DNA of 64,000 bases from Octopus sinensis (taxonomy: Eukaryota): positions 57,660,001-57,724,000 of the forward strand of contig NC_042998.1 of the NCBI RefSeq assembly GCF_006345805.1, given 5' to 3'. Under the pieces are notes generated by a model. That model was not told the origin of the DNA and made no database searches. It saw nothing but the letters and a program-made list of their open reading frames with translations. This document shows positions 41,170 to 54,134 of this stretch, piece after piece. The translations under genes and the position numbers were made by a program. How positions within the stretch are numbered: the stretch's first letter is position 1; each line of letters starts with the position of its first letter.

Positions 41170-41620
41170 CACAGGAAGAGGACAATCGTTTTTCTTGAAG
41201 ATGAGCTTTGAATGGGCGACTAAGTGGTGATTTTCAAAGCTAGCAAAACAAAGCTTTTGTGATCCAGGCTGATCTACCAGAAAGCTACGTTAGCTGACGT
41301 TTTTGGTTTGACTTTGATCAAAGATCTCTCTTGGTAGAAATGCATTCAACCCATTGCCTTATCCATGTCGGCTGCCAAGAAGGTTGGGATCTCTTTTCGT
41401 TGCTCGGAAGTTTCTTATTTCCGAGAGTATTTTCGTATCTTTATAAAGCCAACATTCAATCTTGCTTTGAATATTGCAGTGACCTTTGTGCAGGAGTATT
41501 TGGTTCATCATCCGAATCTTCGGATGGCCATTGTTCTGATGAACTTTCTGGTCTAGTATCATCTCTAAAAACTTTTAAATGTGTTTCTCGCTCCTCTTAC
41601 TAGGAGCATCGTTTCTTTGT
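41170..41620 (+). mobile_element. Degraded CR1/Jockey-group LINE RT C-terminus
   Basis: VIFKASKTKLL, DVFGLTLIKDLSW*KCI, SAAKKVG and YLYKANIQSCFEYCS occur in colinear order. Confidence 0.7.
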
Positions 41621-41934
41621 TGAGATTTTGGTTAGTTATAATTCCTTTTATTCTTATATATTCTTTCTGGAACTCACCAATATCGTTTTGTTCTCACCTA
41701 TGATATTCTGTTCTTTAAGCTTTGTGTCAATCGTCATCCTTGTGAACTGTTAAGCTCTTACATTTCCTTTTGTGTACTCTCTTACACTACAGTAGCCTCA
41801 CACTTCACTTGCGACAAGATAGTGTAAAATGAACTACAGATGCTATAAACACTTTGAATGTGACAGAAAACATGTAAACGAAAGAAAATTGTACGTAACT
41901 TAAATGCACTCAGCTATATTCGATAGTTCAGTGA

Positions 41935-42112
41935 AAGCTTGCAATATAAATTACCTCTGCGCAATGTCTTGGACAAGAGACTTCTACATTATCCCCCGAT
42001 CTAACGAATGCCTTTTGAGTGAATTTGGTTGAAGTAAACTGTGTGAAAGCCTGCAGTATAAATATTAAGTGTGTTTGTGTGTGTGTGTGTTTGTGTGTGT
42101 GTATGTGTTTGT

Positions 42113-42181
<69 letters not shown>

Positions 42182-42362
42182 TGTGCGTGTGTGTGTCTTT
42201 GTGTTTGTCCCCCACCGCTTGACAAGAAGCGTTGGTTTGCTTACGTCTCTGCAATTTAGCGATTCAACCAAAAAAATCGTCATAATAGAAATTTGTTTGA
42301 CTAAACTCTTCCTGGTAATGCTCCACTATGGTTGCAGTCCAAAGACTAAGACAAATAAAAGT
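41935..42362 (+). mobile_element. SINE family A, degraded, with expanded (TG)n linker
   Basis: TTGGACAAGAGACTTCTAC, GTGAATTTGG, and GTGTTTGTCCCCCACCGCTTGACAA. Confidence 0.7.
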
Positions 42363-43173
42363 TATAGAATTATATTAAATTTTGGTTTCTTTGTAATACT
42401 TTCTATCGTGACCACCTGTTATAGTTCCTTCTACAGCCTCTACGCTATTATTGAATTTGGCGTCTTTTTAAGATCTACAGAAAGTTGTTTCAGGGTGATT
42501 CAGCTTCCATTCTTTCTTTCTCCAGATTCTCTTGAATTTCTTAATCATGCTCCTTGCTTTGACACCGCTAATCACTTGTCTTTGTTGGGTGTGTGCATTT
42601 ACAGCCACCTGAATGTCTCATTTCCTTATGAGCGTGAATTCTACCAGGTTTGTGTGACACTTGATTTGCAGGTGATCTGGTGGCTGGCCAGTTTCCGGAA
42701 GATAGTGTTGCAAATGGTTACAGGCTTCCCATAACGAAACTTAGAGCTTTTATTCTTCTTCATCTCGTGTACTTTATCCGATTTAAAGCCACTAGTAATA
42801 AAGATATGGCTAGATCTAGCAGGTTACGTAATTACGTAGCTACATTCCATACTATGAAGTGTTAACATATTTCATCATACAGCAATGGTTCAAAACATTG
42901 ATATGCTACACCGTTTTATCATTGACAAGACGGCAGGTGTGCGGCATTAATGATAAAATTTTATTGTACAATATATAGCATATGAAAAGTTTATTATGAA
43001 AAACTAAACCGATTTTAACGTTATGAGTATGTTTAAATAACTCTCGTGATTAAACCACAATGAACTGTTTCATTAAATGATTTCAGATCGTGTGACATGA
43101 CAAACCAGTGTAGCATATAAATGTGTGTGTCTATATATCTGTGTATATGTACGTACATACATACATACATACA

Positions 43174-43279
<106 letters not shown>

Positions 43280-43429
43280 TTATATCTGCATGCATATTTG
43301 TGCATATATCTGTATGAAAAAATATATATATACATACATACGCGGTTTCAGCCAGACTCTCTGTTGTTGGATATAACTGACAACGCTGGTAACAATACGC
43401 TTCGCATTGTGGCAGCTTGCGAATGATGC

Positions 43430-43635
43430 CACCACAACGGCTAAGCAGACAGGCCTACATATCCCTGTACTGAACGCCAGTCCATCGCAAGTTTACTCAT
43501 TTACAGCTGAGTAGAATGGATCAACGTGAAATGAAATGTTTTGCTCAAGAACAACGCACAGCTAGTCTGGCAATCGAAATCACGATCTTGGGGTCGGGAG
43601 TGCAACACCATAACCACTTGAACATTCGCTTTCAT
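43430..43635 (-). mobile_element. SINE family B
   Basis: CATTTACAGCTGAGTAG...GTGAAATGAAATGTTTTGCTCAAGAACA. Confidence 0.7.
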
Positions 43636-44678
43636 ACAGCTACATATAGCGTACCCGTTAGCATGTATGCGTATTCGTTGTGTGCCTGCACGCAATCGTC
43701 AACGCAGATGCGTATATAGAATAGGTCACCAAAATATATAACAAACAGTAACTCATCAGTGGAGATCAGAGTGTTTTCTAAATCCCAGCTCTCTATTCCT
43801 TTATCGACACTGTACTTCACTTTTTCCTTCATTTTCTGCAAAATTATTCATACTGGATTTCGTCCCTTCTACATTTAGGTACCCTTCAACCCTTTAAGTT
43901 ATACTTAATGAAAGAAAGACAGAAGTATTTTATAACAGAAGAGACTATTTTGTCAGGTTATTGTAACAATGAAACAAACAGAAGGCGTGATTCATTTCAA
44001 ACATTGTTGATAAAAGATTTCCATAAAATTTTGTAAAAATCCTTTTAACTAATTGGATATATCAGAAGGAAAAATATCGAAACTCAGAAATAATTGTTGA
44101 GCTGTGGATATTAAGAAAAAACAACAACAAATAAATAAATCTCTTAGAGACACTAATTAATGAGATTGCACAACTTCATCAGTACAATACACACGGAAAC
44201 CAATGTTTAGTCACAATGTATATTACTCTTTTACTCTTTTACTTGTATCAGTCATTTGGCTGTGGCCATGCTGGACATGACAGCGTGGTTATAAAGTTCA
44301 CTTGACAAATACTTGGTTTTAAGTTCAAACTCCACATCTGGGGCAAGTATCTTCAACCATTATCTCGAATCGACCAAAGCCTTGTGAGTTAAATTTGATT
44401 GCATTTTTTTTGTGGTGGATCGTCGTTGGACTTGATCCAGTTCTTTCGGTGATGGACATAATTTGTTATCAAGTGTAACAACATCACGGCGCGGTTTTGG
44501 GTGCCTTTAGTTACAATCCGGTTTGTTGGAAGCATTAAAGTCAAGTGGCCGGCCTGAAGATTAATTTCTCTCACCCGTATTGATGACTACGATAAGGCTC
44601 ATTGATTTTTCCTTCCTCTAACTGAAACTTGAAAAAAATATATAGGAAAATACATAGGAAACAAAACTTACATAATAA

Positions 44679-45727
44679 TCTACGAACTATTCTGTATTTA
44701 CCTTAGGCACTTAGTGCTACAATATACAATAATGTAAGTTATATAATAGCAACAATACATTAATGATTATTTTTAATGAACAAGGCTATAAGTATATGAT
44801 GGAGACTGGAGCTTTAATCGATTGAATCGATTCAATACAGAACATCAATCAATGGTACTTATATTATCAATCTTCACTTTGGGTAGTAAGAAGTAAAATC
44901 AACCGCCGTAGGACTTGAACTCAATATGTGAAGTGTCGACAACAACAATGACGATTCTCTTATATCGTTTACTCTTTTCAATCATTAGACCATTGGACTA
45001 TGGACTACGTGGTTACAAAGCGAGCTTTTTAACCACACAGCCATGCCTTGTAAGAATAATACAATAACTATTTTATCTACTTATGAAAATGAAATATTTT
45101 CATGATGGTCCACTTAAAAAATTTAAGTGGCTCTAACTTTGGTTGAAGATTCAGACATGGTCTTTGTAGTTAAGTAATTCATTTCGCAACCGCGTAGCGT
45201 TAAGTTCAATCCTATTACTTGCATTTTGAGCAAGCGTCGGCTAACATGAGCTCTGATCAGCTAAACATTTGAGATTGAAAATTTGTAGACACTAATTACA
45301 TGCAAAACCATCGAACGAACCGTTTCTATTTTAGGGTGGTAGACTGAATCTTCTGGTATCTGATATAACACCATTACTAGACCCATGAATACATTTGTAA
45401 GAGGTTTTTTTTTCTATTGTGAACATTTGAGTTATATCCTTAGTCTGAGGGAAAATCTTTCGTTCCCAACACACAGTCTCGAAGGTCCTGGAAAATTATT
45501 ATGGTCGCTGCCCATCCTCGTCTGATGCCATTAACAGTATCAAGAGTAGGCGTTTTGTAACTGTATGAGTGAGGATATCTAATTATAAACGTGTTCATTT
45601 ACGTTGTTGAAAATAATAGAAAGCAGAAAATTTAATAAATATTATTCTTGAGTGGTTGATAATATAACTTACATTATTGTATATTGTAGCACTAAGTGCC
45701 TAAGGTAAATACAGAATAGTTCGTAGA
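44679..45727. repeat. Perfect 66-bp inverted repeat (44679-44744 and 45662-45727) around a 917-bp spacer
   Basis: Checked base by base: 66/66 identical. No TSD. Confidence 0.95.
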
Positions 45728-47111
45728 ATCAAATTTGAGACTGAGTTGGTGAATGAATTGTACGTAAAGAAAAGTTCTAGAAAGATTTTAAAAATTATAA
45801 TTGCTTAAGGAAGGTGTTCTTTACACTTGGTTTTGATAATATTGCTTGTCTCAGATATGTCATAAAATTATGACTCAAACTTATATTGGATGAATCCTAT
45901 TTGGGTTTTTATTACGAGTGACTTATATGCACAGTGGAATAATGTCTTAGAGGTTAGTTTTAATTATTTTTTTTACGACCGTGAGTTTGGTAAATAAACG
46001 TTCTATTTCAAGACAGCATTTGAATTTCTTATTTGCGTAATTTGTTTTCTTACACTGAAGTTCTTTACTGTTTAACAACATTGCTTCTTTTATAAATATA
46101 ACATCTATGTTCTTAACTTAGATAAAACTTTGCTGAGAACTGCTGTTTTCAAAGACATTCGGTATTTCTGGCACAGAAAATTCATCTTCAACTCTATAGA
46201 CTTCATGTTTCCAAGTCTATATCTCCTTACATAACCGCAAATATTACACGCTTTCTTGTATGTATTTGAGCTCTGAGAAAAACATTTTCTCATAATGTTT
46301 ATGAAAATTTGCTTCTCTGACTGGGCTGTGAATAAAAACAATTAAAAACAAAACTCCGTAATACAAAGATAGTTGAAGAGGTTATTTTGAAATCATATGA
46401 TGAGAGTCTCTATGTTAACTCTAGCTTACTGTGAACAACTATGAAATGTAATCTTCGTACGTCAGAAACTGTAGAAAATATATCACCTGATAACGGAGAT
46501 GTTAGTTTGAGATTACGAATTCTCGTCAGAATTTTGGACCAACGATCAGAGGTTTACAATAGAAAATTGACCAACATTTAAGCAAACATTTAACAAAAGA
46601 AATATGACACATGTATTGTACTTCGACACATCTAAATACTGTTTGGACTATATTTAAGATGGAAGTTGTCTGAACCTCAGGCTGCAATTTAATTCTGGAG
46701 CCTCTTAGCTGTTTGCTCTACGTATTGTAAGTAGTAGCTAAATAGCTTTCAAATCCCATCCTACATCATTAAAAAGGAAGAGGACATTGGACAATATAAT
46801 CTGTTATAAACTAAAAGAAGTAGGTTTACTAAACAAAAGCTCGCCTGCAGCCCAATTACATCCACCCAATTACATCGCATAGCGATTATACATAAGATCA
46901 TAACCGCAATCTGTATAGTGTGACGTAAAATTTTCCCGTTGCTTTATGCATTATAACACCAGTTAACAATAAGTTTTCCATATGGAAAGTATGTTTCCAT
47001 TCTTTTATTTGTCCCTTCTGGTGAGTCGTGAGGAGAGTCTAGGAGTCTATCTGGAGACTGAGGAATCATGGTTCTTACACTTGTAATATTGCTTTCTTAT
47101 ATTCTTATATC

Positions 47112-47478
47112 CTTTTATTCTTTTACTTGTTTCAGTCATTTGACTGCGGCTATGCTGGAGCACCACTTTTAGTCGAACAAATCGATCCCAGGACTTATTC
47201 TTTGTATGCCTACTATTTATTCTATCCGTTTTTTGCCGAACTGGGGACGTAAACATAGCAACATCGGTTGACAAGAAATGGTGGGGGACAAAAGCAGACA
47301 CACACACATACACACATATATATATATATATATATGGGCTTATTTCAGTTTCCGTCTACCAAATCCACTCCCAAGGCTTTGGTCGGCCCGAGGCTATAGT
47401 AGAAGACACTTGCCCAAAGTGCCATGCAGTGGGACTGAACCGGAAAGCAAGCTTCTTACTAAACAGCCGCTTCTGCGC
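47112..47478 (-). mobile_element. SINE family A, near full-length
   Basis: Both arms present, with small deletions. Confidence 0.85.
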
Positions 47479-47480
47479 TG

Positions 47481-47513
<33 letters not shown>

Positions 47514-48116
47514 ATATATATATAGTTAAATATGTCCTTTGAAAACAAGGTATACTGGATGTCAGTTAAGTGCTTTAGTATGAAATATGTCTAAAATCTC
47601 AAAAAAAAAGATATTTAGAGATTCATGAGAGCGATTATATATTAGAGAATAAAATTGTGGAATAGTTATATTCTATCTCTATACAGCCATCACGGATGTT
47701 TACGACGAATTTTTTTTACCATGGATTTATTCTACCTCTTTAGAGTTTTTGCTCAAATTTATACCAACACAGATATATGAATACCAACAATTCTTTTAAG
47801 AAACATTTTCGTAATTCGATTTAAACAGCATTTGCTTCATTCGATTTCCTCCACCGAAACTCTTCCTTTCGACTCAATTCTTTGATGAGTGATTATAGTT
47901 CCCAACTATACTTATCAACTTTAAATTTCATTTTAAGAGGAAGTATGTTCACGAAACAATCGTAAGAACTTTTAAACATATTAAAAACGTTTTGATAATC
48001 ATAGGTGTACTTTATTTATCTATTAATACATATTGCTAATATCATAGACTTATACTTATTATTATTAACTATTCCACTATTTTACTCACTAATATATATA
48101 TATATATATATATATA

Positions 48117-48164
<48 letters not shown>

Positions 48165-48189
48165 ATATATGTATGTATGTATGTATATA

Positions 48190-48455
48190 TGCTACTCGTT
48201 TGTCTTTGAAAACATCTTTCTTCACTCCTTTCCCTTCCGGTCTTTCAAAATGTGACCTCGTGGGTACCGTTGGCGATTTTTTTTCCTCTGTCTTCTCTTC
48301 TCTGGATCTTTCCTTCTCCTATGTTTCCGACGAAGAGCTCCGCTCGAAACGTTAAACCCTCCTTCTTTCCTTCTTTCCTGAGCGTTCAATAATACTATAT
48401 TTGTTCCACGTCCTTGCGTTGTGTTTCTTGTGTTTTCTTGTTTGGATTAACTTTA
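48190..48455 (+). mobile_element. PLE pLTR/3' end embedded in (TA)n
   Basis: Hammerhead plus a tail homologous to 36390-36553 and 50600-50690. Confidence 0.7.
48323..48357 (+). ncRNA. Minimal type I hammerhead motif (U4C variant)
   Basis: GTTT-CCGACGA-A-GAGC(TCC)GCTC-GAAA-CGT-T-AAAC. Helix I 4/4, helix II 4/4, palindromic ACGT helix III, GUU triplet. Confidence 0.75.
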
Positions 48456-48480
48456 TATATATATGTATATATATAATATA

Positions 48481-48537
<57 letters not shown>

Positions 48538-48550
48538 ATATATATATATG

Positions 48551-48592
<42 letters not shown>

Positions 48593-48774
48593 ATATATAT
48601 ATATATACGCATACATACATACATATATATATATAATACATACATATATATATATATACATACATATATATATGCATACATACATACATACATACATACA
48701 TACATACATACATACATACATACATACATACATACATACATACATACGTACATACATACATATATATGGGTACT

Positions 48775-49075
48775 TGACGTCATCAACAATAAACAACATG
48801 AAATACAAAATACAAATGAGTTCAATGCGCAAACAATGAGAGAAGCAAATGAGAAAGAGGACAAGTAACACAAAGTACGACCCTTCATCAGTTGTCGGCT
48901 ATCTATCTATTCCTCATTTCGAGCACTCAACGACAATATGAGTTTTCGATGACAGTTGCTCCCATAAATACCAAAAAAAATTTGGGATTTATGGAGGGTC
49001 AAATTTCGGAACACAAACAAGACAATGGAGACATACAAGGAAACCGAACGAAAACAAACATGGAGGGTCGTTAGA
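48775..49075 (-). mobile_element. PLE-like pLTR tail, second family
   Basis: Minus strand GCTCGAAA...ACTGATGAAGGGTCG, shared with 58190-58365; ends at (TA)n. Confidence 0.45.
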
Positions 49076-50032
49076 TCAGAACGAGGGTAAAAAATGCTGG
49101 AGAAATATTTTCTTTGAAAAGAGAAAAGATAGGGGAGATAGAATAAGTCCAGTCCTTATTTTACCTGGCATAATGACAAATTTGAAGATTCGGGGTTCAT
49201 AAAAAGAACATAGGACCTGACAACAGAAATATCACAATAAAGAACTATGTATTCAGAAATTCGTGGTAGCTATCAGAACAGAGTGGACATTCTCAGCTAA
49301 AGCGAAGTCAAATTTGTTTCAGGCCATAATTTGCTGTTTAAACAAATACGAAAGTTATCTTGGATAACATTTTGATCTTGATATAAAAAAAAAAGAACAA
49401 AGACGAAATGGTCAAGGGTGGGGAACCTTTGATTGTAGATCTTGTTAGAGACGGTGTGGTTATAGGCAACAACAATAACAACAATAGTCTCACTGTCTAT
49501 ATAGCGATCAATATTTGGAATATATGGTTTTGTCGTGTAGATTTTAGATTTGGCAATAAATGGACGGGAAAAAATATTTAGAGCCAATCTAAACATACAT
49601 TCTTTTATTAATTTAATTGAAATCATACGCTCTGTGGTGCATTAAAACAAACGCACTCGCACATACACACACGTACACACACTCACACACACACACACAC
49701 ACGCGCACACACACACACACACACTCACTCTCTCTCTCTCTCTCTCACACACAAACACACACACATGCATTATTTTTGGAATTGATAACACGATAGTAGC
49801 TATTTTGGCGCTTCGAGTATCATAAGTTAAAGGGGTCAGTTGAATATCAATTTCGAATTTGGATGGAGTTTTTACTCAATCTTGTACACGACTATTTTCT
49901 TCTTTTCTGAAATTTCCAACGCAAATGAAGAAGATAAACAAAATCGTGGCAACGCTTAATGACAAGAGGAGATAATTCCTCACACCCCAAAGAATATTCC
50001 TTTATGCTCGAGGATAAATGGCAATATAATGA

Positions 50033-50067
50033 AAAGCTGTTTCTACCCTAATAGGTATCATCAGTAC
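50033..50067 (-). ncRNA. Hammerhead-like core, helix I decayed
   Basis: CTGATGA-TACCT(ATTA)GGGTA-GAAA-CAGCTTT; near-palindromic helix III (ACAGCTGT with one change). Confidence 0.4.
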
Positions 50068-50464
50068 GGCAATGTCACTTGTCGGCTTCAAAAAGAGATA
50101 CAAATATTTCACGTACACAAACAGAATTGTAAAACTTCTTGAGCGAAGGTCATTTGCATAATTAAAATGATAAAGGTCAAATAGAAAATAACCGAAGGAA
50201 CCAGTAGCATGAACTGAAATTATATATTCTAGGAATAGGTGTACGTCTGTGTGCGCTGAATCTCTCATGTTTTAAATTCTAAAATGCCCTAACTGATCGT
50301 GTTGTCAAGAAATTTCACATTTCACTTAAATTTCCTATCCGTGAGGTAAATTTATCGTGCACCACATTCAGTATCCAAATTCATGACACTGGTTCTTCTG
50401 AATTATTGTCTTTTAGCTCCTTGTCGTTTTGATTATACAAATATTTTGTGCAATGAGCTTCTCG

Positions 50465-50935
50465 TCAGGCGTAACGTATGACTGTGTAGTTAAGAAGCAC
50501 CACGTTGCAAATACGTGGTTTCGGGTTCATTCTACTGCGTGGTACTTTGGTTATCACTTTTCTACTATAATCCATGGCCGATCAAAGCCTTGTGCGTGGA
50601 AGCTCGTTGTTTGTTCCACGTCCACGCGTTGTTGTGTTTTTTGTGCTTTCTTGTTTGGATTAACTTTATATATATATAATATATATGCATATATGTGTGT
50701 GCATGCTTGTATGTGTATGCCCGCGCATGTGTGCGTGCGTGCATGCATAATGTGAATGTGTTTGTCGCTCACCACCTGACAACCGGTGCTGGTTTTTTTG
50801 TACCCCTATCACTCAATGGTTCGGCAAAAGAAACCTACAGAATAAGTACCACAGTTAAAAAATAAGTTGATTTGTTCCATTAAACTCTTCAAAGTGGTGC
50901 CCCAGGATGGCCGAAGTCCAACGTCTGAAATAAAC
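50465..50935 (+). mobile_element. SINE family A interrupted by a PLE tail (about 50596-50690)
   Basis: The left arm stops at CCTTGTGCGTGGA, then the PLE tail TTGTTCCACGTCC...TTAACTTTATA, then the linker and right arm. Confidence 0.75.
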
Positions 50936-51149
50936 AGCAGGTAGTGTCGCTAACAATCATCGCTAGGTTTTTGCTTACCTCCTCGATGCAGAAGAAAAAT
51001 TATGAATTTATCGTGTGTATGTATGCGAGGATATTTTTAGGAAATAAATAATTCATTCAGAGTGTATATATATGTATACGTTTATACGCACACACATATA
51101 CATACATGTAATTTTATCTGTATATGTATATATATATTTATATATATAC

Positions 51150-51202
<53 letters not shown>

Positions 51203-51622
51203 ATATACACATATGTATATACATATACAGATAAAATTACATATATATATACATATATATATAAATCTATATGTATATATATATATATACATATATATAC
51301 ATATGTGTGTGTGTGCGTGCGCTTATGGGTGTGCAATTGATTTTATAGTGCGTAGTCTTAGAACATTGATAAAGTTGAAAATAAGTCTTTCTGAGAAGTT
51401 TCAAATGCTGATGTAGCTATAAATATATATTGTGAACTATTATTTATAGGTACGTCTTCATTTGAGCAACTTTGCAAGAAGACGCGCGTGTGTGTGTGTG
51501 TGTGCGTGCGTTTGTGTAAATTACGAATGCGTGATTCTAGTCAACACATATTTAGCTTAGCTGTCAAAAAGTAGACACTCTGACTAAGCCACAAGCTATC
51601 CTCTTGGCCACAAAAAGAAATT

Positions 51623-51663
51623 GGTTACACTAGTTTCAGCTTTCATTAAAGTTTCATCAGACA
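51623..51663 (-). ncRNA. Hammerhead motif with intact catalytic core
   Basis: TGT-CTGATGA-AACTTT(AATG)AAAGCT-GAAA-CTAGTG-TA-ACC. Helix II 5/6, GUA triplet, helix I only 2 bp. Confidence 0.55.
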
Positions 51664-53211
51664 TTGGGTAATCATTACGCGTCATTTCAAATGTATTAAT
51701 TACCTGCACCGTTTTGTATGCCACCTTAATTTATCAATAATTTTTTTTTAATGCTTTGGAAAGTTGTTCGTCTGTGTGTGAGTGAATTTTCTACGTTAGT
51801 ACGTGATATGTTAACATTAGCAAAATTTTATGGCGTCATGTTTGTAGCTGTCAATTGTGAAATAGCGAAGAGATTTAGACAAAGTCCCCGCCAGGAGACT
51901 AATGACCCATGTGGGCAAGTATCGGGCAAACCCATCAGATTGAGCACATGTAAATCCTTCCCTTTTGACAGGTGAGCCATAAGCCCACATATCCAACCTG
52001 GAATTTAAAAAATGAATAACATGATGCCACAGAAATTCATATGCAAATCTCACTGAACAGCAACTTGTTTCTCGAACATGGAGGAAAGAAAACTACAATG
52101 GCTTATAAAAACCAGCTAGTAACTAATCTCCAACAGATGTAGAGGGTCTGCAGGCCGCAGAAGTGCAACAAAAACTTTTGACAATTCATATAAACGTTTG
52201 CTATTAATAGAAAAAAATTTTGAGTTTCTTTTGCGTTTCATAAAAGGCTAAAATGATTCTTTCACAGTGTACTATTTACCTATATATGGGAAAACTGCGA
52301 ATTGCGAAACTCATATGAATTATCAGAAGGTGGATAATGATGTGCTGTGGTTATGTAAGAAGAGACACACACTACTTATCCTTAACCAATATGTGACAGG
52401 AGTATAGGAGGATCATAAAGGAGTGATCGGAAAAATTCAGGAAAAGGATAGAAGTAAAGAGATTGGGGAAAGATAGAATAGCTGATGGAGATAAGAGGCT
52501 GAATCCGTTGCTGTATAACGGCGTCTTTTCTGGGTTATGGACTCGTTTGGTAATGTGTGTGTTTGTGTGTGTGTTTGTGTGCGTGATTATTGCATTTAAC
52601 CCAAGACTATAAAACAAGACCCCATATATATGAAGACCGCAATATCGCATGATGAAGAGAACAGCAGCCTACAGATCCGAAGTAGCTATTCATGAAGTAC
52701 TCATTTCCCAATTATCTTCCATGGGAGCCAAGAATTGTTGGCCTGGTATACTTGAACAAAGGCGCACAGAAGAAGCATTTCACTTACGACAAATGGATTA
52801 CGCAAGGGAATGATTGGTTTGAAATTGAGGATGATTATAGCGTTAACATGATGAGCAATCTTTCTGGCAATGATGATTGTTAAATAACTACTCATTCCGA
52901 AAGATATCAGTTTACAGTCAAACAACCGGAGATAACTACAAAATATTTAATGAAGACAGGAGACAATGAAGCTCTTAAACACCAAAAATACAAACAAATA
53001 TCAATAACGTCAAATTTCATTAGAAGACATTATACTTATTATTATAACTGCTCCCACCGTTTAATATCATTAAGGTAATACCTCCTCCTGTGGTTTAATG
53101 CCGTTACTAAAGCAATATCGAATACTCTTCTGTAGGCGCGTATATATATATATATATATATACAGATGAGAGTGGGAAAGAAAGAAACATACATATTTTA
53201 TACATACATAC

Positions 53212-53244
<33 letters not shown>

Positions 53245-53246
<2 letters not shown>

Positions 53247-53554
53247 ATCAGTTGTTTGAGCGTCGAGCTTACGATCGTGAGGTTGTGAGTTCGATTCTCG
53301 GACCGGGCTGCAGTGTTGTGTTCTGGAGCAAGACATTGTATTTCACGTTTCTCCAGTTCACTCAACTGTAGAAATGAGTTGCCATATCAGTGGTGCCAAG
53401 ATGTTTCGGCCTTTGCCTTTCCCTTGGATAACATCAGTGTTGTGGAGAGGGGAGGCTGTTATGCATGGGCGACTGCTAGCCTTGCCAGGACTTGTGCCTC
53501 GGAGGGTAACTTTCTAGGTGCAATCTCATGGTCATTCATGACCGAAGGGGTCTC
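53245..53554 (+). mobile_element. Full-length SINE family B
   Basis: tRNA-like head with GAGTTCGATTCTC, TGTTCTGGAGCAAGAC CORE-like segment, and a tail homologous to 39345-39450. Confidence 0.85.
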
Positions 53555-53568
53555 AATATACACACACA

Positions 53569-54115
53569 TACGATTATTCAAAAAGAATGACCGATTTTAT
53601 TACGCAATATTTTGATAAAGAAAAGCGATAAAAAACTCCAGCTAAGTCAGAAGAATTTACTCACAATTAACTTTTATTTTCTGTCTTACAAGTGTACAAT
53701 GTTGCCACCACCTGCAGCACGGGCAACATCAATGTGATAAGAGAATTTCTCCTTGTCTCGTATCTGCTTGGCTTGCGAGATCTCCAGACTTCAGCGTGTG
53801 TGATTTTTTTTGTAAAAGATCACGTTTATGTTCCACCGCTACTCATTAACCTCGATGACCTTTAACATCGAATAACAACAGCGATCAGCTCAGTGGATCG
53901 TGATACGCTGATACGAGTCTGGGAGGAATTCTGAATTCTCTTATCACATTGATGTTGCCCCCTTGCTGCAGGTGGTGGCCACATTGAACTCTTGTAAGAC
54001 AGGAAATAAAAGTTGATTGCGAGTAAATACTTGTGACTTAGCTGGAGTTTTCTATTGCTTTTCCTTATTAAAATATTGCGTAATGAAATCGGTTCATTCG
54101 TTTTGAATAACCCTG
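53569..54115 (+). mobile_element. Tc1/mariner-superfamily MITE built from two copies of the transposon 3' end
   Basis: Arms of about 180 bp (53569-53747 and 53933-54115). The interior and right arm encode WLARSPDFSVCDFF...VKDHVYVPP...RVWEEF...GGGHIELL*. Ends CCCTG|TA. Confidence 0.85.
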
Positions 54116-54134
54116 TATATATATAGAGACTCAT

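Noticed and set aside
42400-42734. Non-repetitive tail of the 221-aa ORF
   Set aside because: The ORF starts in (TG)n and crosses a SINE. LSLLGVCIYSHLN weakly recalls CR1-type RT, which is too little to annotate.
46231-46325. Minus-strand candidate exon (strong acceptor, TAT|GTAAGG donor)
   Set aside because: No homology or partner exons, and it lies on the opposite strand to the other candidate; such sites occur by chance in AT-rich DNA.
49760-50320. Hydrophobic minus-strand frame loosely resembling class A GPCR TM2-TM4
   Set aside because: It lacks the LAxxD and DRY/ERY motifs and a convincing TM1, and the key segment coincides with a hammerhead-like motif, so a decayed repeat is more likely.
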